Assembly (NCBI GenBank): GCA_002269645.1
Contig: NIVC01001817.1
Location: 170,167 to 234,166 of the forward strand
Source: Macrostomum lignano
Taxonomy: Eukaryota
Direction: 5' to 3'
DNA length: 64,000 bases
Shown one piece after another: positions 13,071 to 24,600 of the stretch (positions are counted from its first letter, which is position 1; each line of letters opens with the position of its first letter). The notes below the pieces were generated by a model. The model worked only from the letters and a program-made list of their open reading frames with translations. It searched no databases and was not told the origin of the DNA. Both the position numbers and the translations under genes were made by a program.

Positions 13071-13620
13071 CTGATCTAAGTACAGTGAGATTAGATATAT
13101 CTGATCTAAATATACTGAGAATAGATATCTCTGATCCAAATACAGTGAGATTAGATATCTCTGATCTAAATACAGTGAGATTAGTTATATCTGATCTAAC
13201 TAAAATGAGATTATATATCTCTAATCTAAATATAGTGAGAATAGAAATCTCTGATCTAAATACAGTGAGAATAGATATCACTGAACTAAATACAGTGAGA
13301 ATATATATCACTGATCTAAATACAGTGAGATTAGATATATCTGATCTAAATACAGTGAGATTAGATATCTCTGATCTAAATATACTGAGAATAGATATCT
13401 CTGATCCAAATACAGTGAGATTAGATATCTCTGATCTAAATACAGTGAGATTAGTTATATCTGATCTAACTAAAATGAGATTATATATCTCTAATCTAAA
13501 TATAGTGAGAATAGAAATCTCTGATCTAAATACAGTGAGAATAGATATCACTGAACTAAATACAGTGAGAATATATATCACTGATCTAAATACAGTGAGA
13601 TTAGATATATCTGATCTAAG
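13071..13620. repeat. 30-bp minisatellite with a 270-bp higher-order repeat, just downstream of the GLUT stop codon
   Basis: 18 units of ctgatctaaatacagtgagattagatatat; the variant series at 13101-13340 recurs exactly at 13371-13610. Confidence 0.93.
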
Positions 13621-15394
13621 ACAAAAAAGAAATTCTAATTTTTCATACTTACAATGATACGAACAGTAATCTTGTGTTATTACTGGTTGGTAACTTTTTA
13701 CCTCGGATGTTGAAAAGTGGTAACAATCTTATGTTTTTAATTAGTTACAGGTAATCTCAGTATATCAGATTGCCACGAAATGCACGAATCTTTTTGTTTT
13801 AATTGCAGTGAAGATATGGATTGAGAGTTTGTCCACTTTTATTTGCGCACGTTGACGTTTGTTTTTAGCGCTGTAGTATTTTTATTACTATTGTTGAGTA
13901 TGTAGTTTTATCAACTGTTTTTTGTTATCATAATTATCTTTTATGTGAATAAAAAACCGGAAAACCATTTTCTTCTTTTTAAAACATTTTCAATCAACTA
14001 AACAACGGTTTCAGATTTACGTAAAAGCACAATACATCTAAATTTTACGTCCATATCTAGTCACTCGTAGTAATGTAGTTGGTTATTAAAAGTACACATT
14101 AATTATACTTTTACTGTAATATTATGTATTATTTGTAAATATTTTGTATTTTGTATCTTAGGCGAGGTGAACAGAAAAAAATGTTAATTTGGTGTGTTAA
14201 GCGTACCGTGTTTTTTGTTATTATTTTTCAAACCATTTGAATCTCTGTATCAGGTGTTTTCAACTATACAATTTGTTTATATAATGCTAATATTCATAAT
14301 TGATTACTAATCATTTGGCGTGTTATTTTATTGTGTTTGAAATATTGTGTTAATCAATTAATTTTTGTGTCATATTTTCCCTATCACAATCTCTCTCTGT
14401 TTCACACAAATTTGAGTTCCCTAATAAACTATATTATGTTAACGCAATATATATTTACTACTAATCAAGTTGGCACTGTTGCTTTATTTTTGTCAGGATC
14501 TTAGTAGTATATTATACTTTATGTTGTTCAGAGTTTTCAGGTTTTTTTGTAATGCATTGTATATTGTATGAAGTTATTGGCTCAATTTTGCATATTAATA
14601 ATCAAGTTACTGTGTTGTTTCTATTACACTATACCAATAGTAATTCTGATGATGCTCTGAATGGTACACACAATCATACATATTATTTTGAAGTATAAAT
14701 ACTTTTAGGAATTGGTTTTGTTGAATTGAATATAGGTTTCAATGTAGCAGTAGATGCAATGATTCTTGCCGTATAAGTTATTGACTTTGTCATGATACCG
14801 TTATTATGTTTAAATCATATTTAGAAACATCTCTGTATATAGATATAGATAGATCATACTCGTATATATAGTCTTTCCGTTCCGTCTCGATTATACAAAT
14901 TAAAATACTCGTATTGAAAACCAAGTATGCTCATTGCACCCATTCTTATATCTGTGAAACCCAAATACTCGTATTGTATAAATATTTTTAAAATCTGAAT
15001 AAATATCCCAAAACAGCTGTTTCCTGTAGATTTAATTTTTTATTTAGTAGAAACCCGCGCATTCGACTTAGTTGGTATTATAACTGTTAGACTATGCACC
15101 AGCTGTGTTGCAGTTTATAGAACTGTTGCTATGCATAATTGCATGTTGTTGTTGAATAGTTAGTTAAAGAGGATAAATAAAAAGATGGCCTAGATTTTGT
15201 GCACAACTAGCTGTTTAGTTAAATCTAGATTTATCTTGGACTTTGTTATTTTTAAAATAAAAATATTTATTTTAGGATAGGACGAGTTTAAAAAAGCCAA
15301 ATCTAGTGTGTGTGCATAACTAAAAAGAGAGAAAGGGGATGGCGCCCCAGCCGGCGTTCATCTTGCCAGCTTGTTATGTTAACACTGACTTCGA

Positions 15395-15620
15395 CCTCTC
15401 TCCTCACTGCTCACTCATTGGCTGAGCTCGATTAAGCCTGCCCTCTATATTGAGTTTCGTCCGTCTGACTTTGACCTCTCTCCGTACTGCTCTCTCATTG
15501 GCTGAGCCAGATTGGGCCTGCCCTATAGACTGAGTTTCGTCCGTCTGACTTTGACCTCTCTCCTCACTGCTCTCTCATTGGCTGAGCTAGATTGGGCCTC
15601 CCCCAGACTGTCTTGCGTTC
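15395..15620. repeat. Three tandem ~78-bp repeats, each containing ATTGG (reverse CCAAT)
   Basis: gact(t/c)tgacctctctcc...ctcattggctgagc... occurs three times. Confidence 0.8.
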
Positions 15621-16077
15621 ACTTGTGTACGTGTTAAAAGCTCATTCACACCCAATATGCTCCTGACCCCGCAAACACCGAGGAAGGCAAGGCAATTTTA
15701 GCTTCCTCGTTAAATTGAAGTGACACTGCGCAGACAAAATACTTAAAATAGTAAATGCTCTACTTTTATCTTAAATTTAATTAGCAGTGACATCTAGTTT
15801 TTCGAGAATTTGTGATTTCTTCTTATAGTGGATTTCCAACAATTTTTCTCAAGTGTAAACAATCAATAAAAGGGATAATTATTTGAATAGTTCTGGACTT
15901 TATAAGCAGAAAATACTGACATTAGCGAATTAAATATTTTCTAGAAATTATTAACTTCCAGTGTTTCTCATCGTTTAATTTTAACTACTATTTATACTCC
16001 TAGCGTCCAAATTAGAGTCACGAGTTTAGAAAAATCCATTTAACTTCATGCTGACAAACTGGGCCTTGCATTATCAA

Positions 16078-16246
16078 ATGTCGAATTCTTCAGGACAGCC
16101 ACAGCAACCACCGCACAATGAATTCGCGGAGCCGCAGTTTTCCGATTTAGATATGATGATTACCAGGAAATTGGTCAGCTTGGTTGAATGGAGTAAGTTT
16201 GATCTGTCTTTCTATTTATCTGTCTATCTATCTGTCTGTCTGTCTT

Positions 16247-16281
<35 letters not shown>

Positions 16282-16330
16282 GTCTATCTGTCTATCTGTC
16301 TATCTATCTATCTATCTATCTGTCTATCTG

Positions 16331-16381
<51 letters not shown>

Positions 16382-16390
16382 GTCTATCTG

Positions 16391-16477
<87 letters not shown>

Positions 16478-16763
16478 TTCTATCTATCTGTCAATCAATC
16501 AATCTATCTATCTATCTATCTATCTATATCTATCTATCTATCTAGCTTTATAATCTATCTATCTATCTATCTATCTATCTGTCTGTCTGTCTCTTTCTAT
16601 CTATCTGTCAATCAATCAATCTATCTATCGATCTATCTATCTATCTACCTATCTTTATAATCTATCTGTCTATCTATCTATCTATCTGTCTGTCTGTCTG
16701 TCTTTTTATCTATCTGTCAATCAATCAATCTATCAATCTATCTATCTATCTGTCAATCAATCA

Positions 16764-16855
<92 letters not shown>

Positions 16856-16921
16856 CTCTGTCTGTCTTTCTATCTATCTATCCGTCAATCAATCTATATA
16901 TATATATATATATCCATCTAA

Positions 16922-16955
<34 letters not shown>

Positions 16956-17370
16956 GTCTGTCTTTCTATCTATTTATCTGTCAATCAATCAATCAATCAA
17001 TCTATCTATCTATCTTTATAATCTATCTGTCTATCTATCTATATGTGCTCACAGGTTTTCCGAGTTCTATTAATTTGAGAAAGTGCTCAAATTATCTGCA
17101 GGCCATCCCTCACCAGAGGTCAGCGCTCCGATGTAGCTCTTCATTTTTATTAATGTTGTTAAAATAATTATCAAAAATTAAATTTATACAGGTAATCCGA
17201 TCTGCCTGGTCCTGCTACCTCTGCTGATAGTTGGCATCTTTCTATCTGTGACAGTTGATATATTCCTAATGTGCCTCAGCGCACCTCCACAGCAGCAGCT
17301 GCCTACCAGTTGTCATAATAGTCATCAGGCATCTAATGACAATGCATGCCAGACAGATAAAGCTGATTGA
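16078..17370 (+). CDS. Candidate small single-pass membrane protein (~97 aa), unknown family
   Basis: join(16078-16192,17192-17370) with a strong donor gga|gtaagt and acceptor tatacag|gt in matching phase 1. Product [74 protein letters not shown]...KAD*. I recognise no homolog. Confidence 0.45.
16201..17043. repeat. Compound (TATC)n/(TGTC)n/(TCAA)n microsatellite
   Basis: Direct reading; it accounts for the LSIY ORFs. Confidence 0.97.
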
Positions 17371-17804
17371 ATTTGTGCAGTAATACACAGAAGTCAATCT
17401 GGCTTGATCTAGTCTTCGTCTAAGTACTTTTTTAATTTTATAGAAAGCGTATATATAAAAATTTTTTTCCACATTTTACAAATATACATCCTATCTCATT
17501 CGCAATGTTTTTTTGCATTCCGTATTTTGTGCGACTCAACTTTTCTTGTGTATTTTATACTTTGTAATTTTTCAATGCTTAAAATCTGTTCTGTGGAAAT
17601 GCGTTTTAAATTGTAGATCATAATATATGTAGAAACAAAAAATTTTATTTCAGTAAAATACATTGTCAAAAAGCAAGCACATTATAAGCTTTTTAACTCA
17701 GTATTTTGACTAAGTTTGTGTTATTATTTTGTTTTTGAACACCCTGACTTCTAAATTAGCAGATTATCTTGATTGCTACTACTATGCCTATGATAGCTGC
17801 GGGA

Positions 17805-18400
17805 GAGACACTCCCTGAGTCATAGACACCCATTCCTGGCTCATTGACACTCATATTTGAGTCGTAGAAATTCATCCCCGACTTATGGACACTCATCTCC
17901 GATTTATAGACAGTGGACACTCATCCCTGGGCCATGGACACTTATCTCCGACTTATGAACAGTTGACACTCATCCCTGGGTCATGGACACTCATCTTCGA
18001 GTTATGAACAGTAGACACTCATCCCTGGGTCAGGGACACTCATCTCCGATTTATAGACAGTGGACACTCATCCCTGGGTCAGGGACACTCATCTTCGAGT
18101 TATGGACAGTAGACACTCATCCCTGGGTCAGGGACACACATCTTCGAGTTATGGACAGTAGACACTCATCCCTGGGTTAGGGACACTCATTTACAAGTTA
18201 TGGACAGTGGACACTCATGCGAGTCGTAGACCTCCCCAAATCACAGACACTCATACCCGTGTCGTAGGCACTTATCCCCGAGCCATGCACACTCAACTCC
18301 GAGTCTTTGACACTCGTCCCTGAGTAATGGACAGTATCCCTCAATCATGGACAACTCATCTCCGAGTCATGGACACTCGTCCCTGAGTCATGAACAGTCA
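17805..18400. repeat. Degenerate ~49-bp dimeric minisatellite built on gacactcatc, immediately upstream of COPS3
   Basis: gggacac(t/a)catcttcgagttatggacagtagacactcatccctgggtca has period 49 (18082, 18131) and decays at both ends. Confidence 0.85.
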
Positions 18401-18487
18401 TTCCCAAGTTACTATAGAAATAATTTTATAACTAACTACTATACCTTAATGAGTAGTAATAAAGCTTGTCATTTGATGCCGTCAGCC

Positions 18488-20843
18488 ATGTCCCTAGAGG
18501 AATGGATCGTGTCAATGCGTCAGTTGCTAACAGCTCAACCAGTTGATGTTGCATCAGTTTGCAATCAAGTAAACGCTTCGTTAGAATTGCTAACTGGTCA
18601 GCCCATCGAACAATTGAACACCGCTTTGGAGACATTCGATGTTCAGCATCATAGCGCCGCTGTTCTGTGCATCATTCGCGCCAAGCTGCACATAGCGCAA
18701 CTGCCTCAGCCAGCAGTTGACACCTTAGTTGAACAGACTCGTCAGTTCTTATCCTCATTTAATGGCGAACAGATCCGACTGCTGCCTGTACCGTTTAACG
18801 ATTTGTGTCATCGATTTGTAAAGCTGCTTGTGTCGCGTCAGGATGCTCTTGTTGGTGTTGGCCCAATGCTGAGAGCTGTCTTGACTGTGCAACGACACGA
18901 TGCGGAACTTACTGGCATTCATTGCGACCTGTGCGAGTTGTGTTTGACTGCCAAGTGAGGATGGTGTCTTTAGTACTGCGGTTTCACTCTTCATTAGCGA
19001 CATCCTCATCAGGTGTCACTCTCTTCATTAGCGACATCATCATGTGTCAATAACTCTTCATTAGCGACATCTTCATTAAGTCCCTCTTCATTAGCGACAT
19101 CCTCATCAGGTGTCGCTCTTCATTAGCGACATCATCATGTGTCAATAACTCTTCATTAGCGACATCCTCATCAGGTGTCACTGTCTCTTCATTAGCGACA
19201 TATTCATCATGTGTCATTAACTCTTCATTAGCGACATCTTCATCATGTGTCATTAACTCTTCATTAGCGACATCTTCATCATGTGTCATTAACTCTTCAT
19301 TAGCGACATCTTCATCATGTGTCACTCTTCATTAGCGACATCTTCATCAGGTGTCCCTCTTCAATAGCGACATCTTCATTAAGTGTCCCTCTTCATTAGC
19401 GACATCCTCATCAGGTGTCGCTCTTCATTAGCGACATCCTCATCAGGTGTCACTCTTCATTAGCGACATCCTCATCAGGTGTCACTCTTCATTAGCGACA
19501 TCCTTATCAAGTATCACTTATCTTAATTGTACATGTTATTTTTAATATTACAATAGATACATACATGTGTGTCACTTTTCTGTACACTAACAATCACCCT
19601 TACAGATGCCTGAAACCGGCACTCCAAGTTCTGGACGTCGATATTAACGACGTTCGGTCTACTGTCGATTGTCGGGAATACCTGCTCTATTATTACTACG
19701 GCGGAATGATCTATCTAGGACTAAAGCATTACGATAGAGCATTCCTGATGCTAGAGAATGCCATTTCCCTGCAAGCCAGTCTTGTTAGCTCTATAATGCT
19801 GGAGGCCTACAAGAAATGGCTCCTAGTTGGCCTTCTGTGCGTTGGTCGAAAGCCGCAGCCGCCAAAGTTTACTTCTACTAATCAAATTGTTCGAATGCAA
19901 TATGTTGGCAACTGTCAGGTTAGACTGTCAGATGGTTGTTTTTAACTCTGCTCATATTTACCAAAATGTATTGGTTACTACCTAAGTTAGTGTATCAACT
20001 ACCCCAGTCCCCTGTGTACTACCTCAGTTCACTATCTACTACCACAGTCCCCTGTCTACTACCCCAGTCCACTATCTACTACCCCAGTTCACTATCTACT
20101 ACCCCAGTCCCCTGTCTACTACCCCAGTCCCCTGTCTACTACCCCAACCCCTATCTACCACCCCAATCCCCTATCTACTACCCTAATCCCCTATCTACTA
20201 CCCTAATCCCCTATCTACTACCCCAATCCCCTATCTACTACCCCAATCCATTATCTACTACCCTAATCCCTATCTACTACCCCAATCCACTATCTTCTAC
20301 CCCTGCCGGCAGGCCTACATGGAGCTTGTGGACGCGTTCGACAAGAAGTCGCCATCGGAGCTGCGCGATCTGGCCAACCGGCACGAGTCCCAATACCGGG
20401 CGGACCGCAACTGGGGCCTTGTTAAACAGGTGCTAACTAGCCGGATCAAGCAGAACATTCTGCACCTGACCAAGACTTTCATCACTCTGTCATTGTCGGA
20501 TTTGGCCAGCAGAGCCGCCGCCGCCTCTCCAGCTGAAGCCGAGCTCTACCTGTTGGAGCTGATCGAAGAGAAGAAAATCTTTGCTAGCATCGATCAGGCC
20601 CGTCAGGTGGTCACCTTTCGCGACAATCCCGAACAGTACGCCTCAGCTGACATGCTAGACTGCGTGGAGTCTGAGACTAAACAGGTGATGACTATTGACC
20701 GGGTGCTTGGCCAGATGCTTGACAAGATTCGAACCTCGCACGCCTACGCAGCTAAGGTGGCGGCCAGGGAGGGTCAGCAGCAGCGTAGCGGCGGTGGCGG
20801 CGGCGGCGGCGGCGGCGGCGGCATGATTGGCTCGATGTACTGA
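18488..20843 (+). CDS. COPS3: COP9 signalosome complex subunit 3, 3 exons, ~436 aa
   Basis: join(18488-18954,19606-19918,20313-20843); alternative ATG at 18476. Colinear with human CSN3: DVQHHSAAVL, IHCDLCELCLTAKCLKPAL, YYYYGGMIYLGLK, IMLEAYKKW, LTKTFITLSLSDLASR, IFASIDQ..VTFRDNPEQY (PCI domain). Confidence 0.95.
18985..19505. repeat. 32-36-bp minisatellite (ctcttcattagcgacatcctcatcaggtgtca) in COPS3 intron 1
   Basis: Direct tandem repeat; it accounts for the THDEDVANEELM minus-strand ORF. Confidence 0.93.
19990..20303. repeat. C-rich ~20-bp minisatellite (ctaccccaatcccctatcta) abutting the COPS3 exon 3 acceptor
   Basis: Direct tandem repeat running to within ~10 nt of cag|GCC at 20312/20313. 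Confidence 0.9.
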
Positions 20844-21012
20844 TTATCGTTTTTTACTAATTTATTTTCAATTGTTTAGGGCAAATGTGTCTTCTCATTT
20901 TAAATTAATGCCAGCTTGAAACGATGAGTTTAGAATCGAAGACTATGAGATTAAATTCACAAATTTACTGGTGCCTCGCAGGCTAGGGTATAATTTACAC
21001 CCTCAAAAGTCT

Positions 21013-21463
21013 TCAGTTGCTGGGCCAGCCTTCCAGATCCTCAGTTGCTGGGCCAGCCTTCCAGATCCTCAGTTGCTGGGCCAGCCTTCCAGATCCTCAG
21101 TTGCTGGGCCAGCCTCCCAGATCCTCAGTTGCTGGGCCAGCCTTCCAGATCCTCAGTTGCTGGGCCAGCCTTCCAGATCCTCAGTTGCTGGGCCAGCCTC
21201 CCAGATCCTCAGTTGCTGGGCCAGCCTCCCAGATCCTCAGTTGCTGGGCCAGCCTCCCAGATCCTCAGTTGCTGGGCCAGCCTTCCAGATCCTCAGTTGC
21301 TGGGCCAGCCTCCCAGAGTGTCAGTTGCTGGGCCAGCCTCCCAGAGTGTCAGTTGCTAGGCCAGCCTCCCAGATCCTCAGTTGCTGGGCCAGCCTTCCAG
21401 ATCCTCAGTTGCTGGGCCAGCCTCCCAGAGTGTCAGTTGCTGGGCCAGCCTCCCAGATCTTCA
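21013..21463. repeat. 28-bp minisatellite (tcagttgctgggccagcct(t/c)ccagatcc), array 1
   Basis: Period 28 (21013, 21041), about 16 units. Confidence 0.95.
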
Positions 21464-22059
21464 CTTGCATGAATACTATTGGTAGTTACTGGTTGTCGAA
21501 CAATCAAGATGAAGTTGAAATTTTCAATAAGTTTCGACTTTCTCCAGTTGTGACTATCTAGATAAGCCTAATTGTTAAACTGTCTTTTTACTTGGTGTTA
21601 CTGGCAGTTTATTAAACGTCTTGGCTGCTTATATTGTGAGAGATTGCGCTCTAATTATACCCGATTATGCATGTGTTACGTTTACGTTATGCGTTTTACA
21701 GTGTTTATTAATATTACCTGTTGATTTTGCCTTGCTTTTAATTTCTATAATATGTATACTGTTCTTAGTATATCAGAATTTCATAGATAGTTTAATAGTA
21801 CAATACTTAAGGATTAAAAAGTAAACTTTTTAAATTAAGTACAGTGCTATCCTGCATTGAATGCATGCTTAGCTTCGTTATTTATTAACGCACTCCAAGT
21901 TATCGCCTACTGCGCATCAAATCGACCGCAATGCCTGGGTCACGTGATCGACCGCCGCCGCCTCCGGATTTTACGTGGACTAAAAATTTTATTTATGGAA
22001 TTGAATGGCGTAAGTCTGTTTTGATTACTGTTGACTTATTTCGCACTTCGAATAATTTC

Positions 22060-22525
22060 CCCGAAGCAGTTCAAAGAAGCGTCCCTAAAAGTGCAAAAAA
22101 TCGGATTAGGGTTAGGGTTAGGGCCACTAAAAAGCAAAAAAAGGCCGCTAAAAGTGCAAAGAAGCGACACTTAAAATGCGAAGAATCGTCACTAAAAGTA
22201 CAAAGAATCGTCACTAAAAGTGCAAAGAAGCGCCCCTTAAAGGGCAACGAAGCGTCCCTAAAAGAGCAAAAAAGTGCCCCTAAAAGTGCAAAAAAATCGC
22301 CCCTAAAAGTGCAAAAAAGTGCCCCTAAAAGTGCAAAAAAATCGCCCCTAAAAGTGCAAAAAAGTGCCCCTAAAAGTGCAAAAAAGCGCCCCTAAAAGTG
22401 CAAAGAACCACCCCTAAAAGAACAAAGAAGCGCCACTTCAAATGCAAACAATCTTCCCTAAAAAGCAAAGTACCGTTCCTTTAAATACAAAGTTCGACCC
22501 TAAAAGTGCACAGAATCGGCCTAAA
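22060..22525. mobile_element. Truncated sub-repeat-rich element (cccctaaaagtgcaaa units) with an internal (TTAGGG)3
   Basis: Repeated ccctaaaagtgca(a/c)a(g/a)aa units, with attagggttagggttaggg at ~22106-22124. The 'SAPKSAKKSPLKVQK' ORF is its translation. A matching second TIR was not found. Confidence 0.55.
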
Positions 22526-22712
22526 CTATTCCGTTAATATGGTTTCCTAGATACACCTTTATAAAAGGTTGATTCGATCCTTTTAGTAGATTTATTTTCT
22601 GTTGCATTCAGTATCTTTTTAACCAATTTGTTTTAATATAATAGTTCGTACACATAATTTTTTGTTTGCATCTCAATTTCCTCCACTTGTCACCCAAATT
22701 TCAGGAAATCCA

Positions 22713-22916
22713 ATGATTCTGGCTCTGTTTCCTCTGCTCCTAGTAGCAATTGTACTATTGGCTCTATGCGAAAGCTTCCTACGCGGCCTGTTTCCATTTA
22801 ATCCGGATAAACTATTTAACACGGGCTATCATCAGCAGCCTCATTATCATCATGGGCCGCAGGGTCAGGGCCAGTTGCTCAGCCATGCGTCTCCAGGGGC
22901 TCGAGATGGCTGCTGA
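22713..22916 (+). CDS. Candidate 67-aa secreted peptide (signal peptide + His/Gln/Gly-rich mature region)
   Basis: MILALFPLLLVAIVLLALCES|FLRGLFPFNPDKLFNTGYHQQPHYHHGPQGQGQLLSHASPGARDGC*. It is a GC-richer island in AT-rich flanks, with acceptor-like tttcag just upstream of the ATG. Confidence 0.5.
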   Translation: MILALFPLLLVAIVLLALCESFLRGLFPFNPDKLFNTGYHQQPHYHHGPQGQGQLLSHASPGARDGC

Positions 22917-23089
22917 TTATTATTCGCCAATTCACCATGTTTAACTAGTATTATGTATTAGCTAAGCCTTAGCAACTCGCTTCTGTTATAGTCAAAGTCT
23001 GTTATGCTCTGCTTTATCTATGAGGTTTTGCCACTGCTGTGATAACTTATAAGCTAGTTTCAGCGGCTGAGATATACTGCTATTGCCGT

Positions 23090-24600
23090 CAGCCTCCCAG
23101 ATCCTCAGTTGCTGGGCCAGCCTCCCAGATCCTCAGTTGCTGGGCCAGCCTCCCAGATCCTCAGTATCTGGGCCAGACTCCCAGATCCTCAGTTTCTGAG
23201 TTAGACTTCCAGACTCTCAGTTGCTGGGCCAGACTCCCAGATCCTCAGTTTTTGAGTCAGACTCCCAGATCCTCAGTTTCTGAGTCAGACTCCCAGATCC
23301 GCAGTTTCTGAGTCAGACTCCAGATCCTCAGTTTCTGAGTCAGACTCCCAGATCCTCAGTTTCTGAGTCAGACTCCCAGATCCTCAGTTTCTGAGTCAGA
23401 CTCCAGATCCTCAGTTGCTGGGCCAGACTCCCAGATCCTCAGTTTCTGAGTCAGACTCCAGATCCTCAGTTTCTGAGTCAGACTCCAGATCCTCAGTTGC
23501 TGGGTCAGACTCCCAGATCCTCAGTTTCTGAGTCAGACTCCAGATCCTCAGTTTCTGAGTCAGACTCCCAGATCCTCAGTTTCTGAGTCAGACTCCAGAT
23601 CCTCAGTTGCTGGGCCAGACTCCCAGATCCTCAGTTTCTGAGTCAGACTCCAGATCCTCAGTTTCTGAGTCAGACTCCAGATCCTCAGTTTTTGAGTCAG
23701 ACTCCCAGATCCTCAGTTTCTGAGTCAGACTCCAGATCCTCAGTTTCTGAGTCAGACTCCCAGATTCTCAGTTTCTGAGTCAGACTCCAGATCCTCAGTT
23801 TCTGAGTCAGACTCCCAGATCCTCAGTTTCTGAGTCAGACTCCCAGATCCTCAGTTTCTGAGTCAGACTCCAGATCCTCAGTTGCTGGGCCAGACTCCCA
23901 GATCCTCAGTTTCTGAGTCAGACTCCAGATCCTCAGTTTCTGAGTCAGACTCCAGATCCTCAGTTGCTGGGCCAGACTCCCAGATCCTCAGTTTCTGAGT
24001 CAGACTCCAGATCCTCAGTTTCTGAGTCAGACTCCCAGATCCTCAGTTTCTGAGTCAGACTCCAGATCCTCAGTTGCTGGGCCAGACTCCCAGATCCTCA
24101 GTTTCTGAGTCAGACTCCAGATCCTCAGTTTCTGAGTCAGACTCCAGATCCTCAGTTTTTGAGTCAGACTCCCAGATCCTCAGTTTCTGAGTCAGACTCC
24201 CAGATTCTCAGTTTCTGAGTCAGACTCCAGATCCTCAGTTTCTGAGTCAGACTCCAGATCCTCAGTTGCTGGGCCAGACTCCCAGATCCTCAGTTTCTGA
24301 GTCAGACTCCAGATCCTCAGTTTCTGAGTCAGACTCCAGATCCTCAGTTTTTGAGTCAGACTCCCAGATCCTCAGTTTCTGAGTCAGACTCCCAGATTCT
24401 CAGTTTCTGAGTCAGACTCCCAGATCCTCAGTTTCTGAGTCAGACTCCAGATCCTCAGTTGCTGGGCCAGACTCCCAGATCCTCAGTTTCTGAGTCAGAC
24501 TCCAGATCCTCAGTTTCTGAGTCAGACTCCAGATCCTCAGTTTCTGAGTCAGACTCCAGATCCTCAGTTTCTGGGTCAGACTTCCAGATCCTCGTTTCCT
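23090..24600. repeat. 27/28-bp minisatellite array 2 (ccagatcctcagtttctgagtcagactc), derived from the array-1 unit
   Basis: It starts with array-1-type units (gctgggccagcct) and shifts to ttctgagtcagact units, with hybrid units interspersed. Confidence 0.95.

Noticed and set aside
18347-18487. N-terminal extension of CSN3 (MDNSSPSHGH...)
   Set aside because: It derives from the upstream minisatellite and AT-rich UTR; homology to CSN3 starts at MSLEEW.
21931-22395. Histone H1-like Lys-rich ORF (SAPKSAKK repeats)
   Set aside because: No globular winged-helix domain; it is the translation of the ccctaaaagtgca sub-repeat element.
21013-24600. CRISPR-like arrays (28-bp repeats)
   Set aside because: Head-to-tail units without unique spacers, in a eukaryotic context, with no cas genes.
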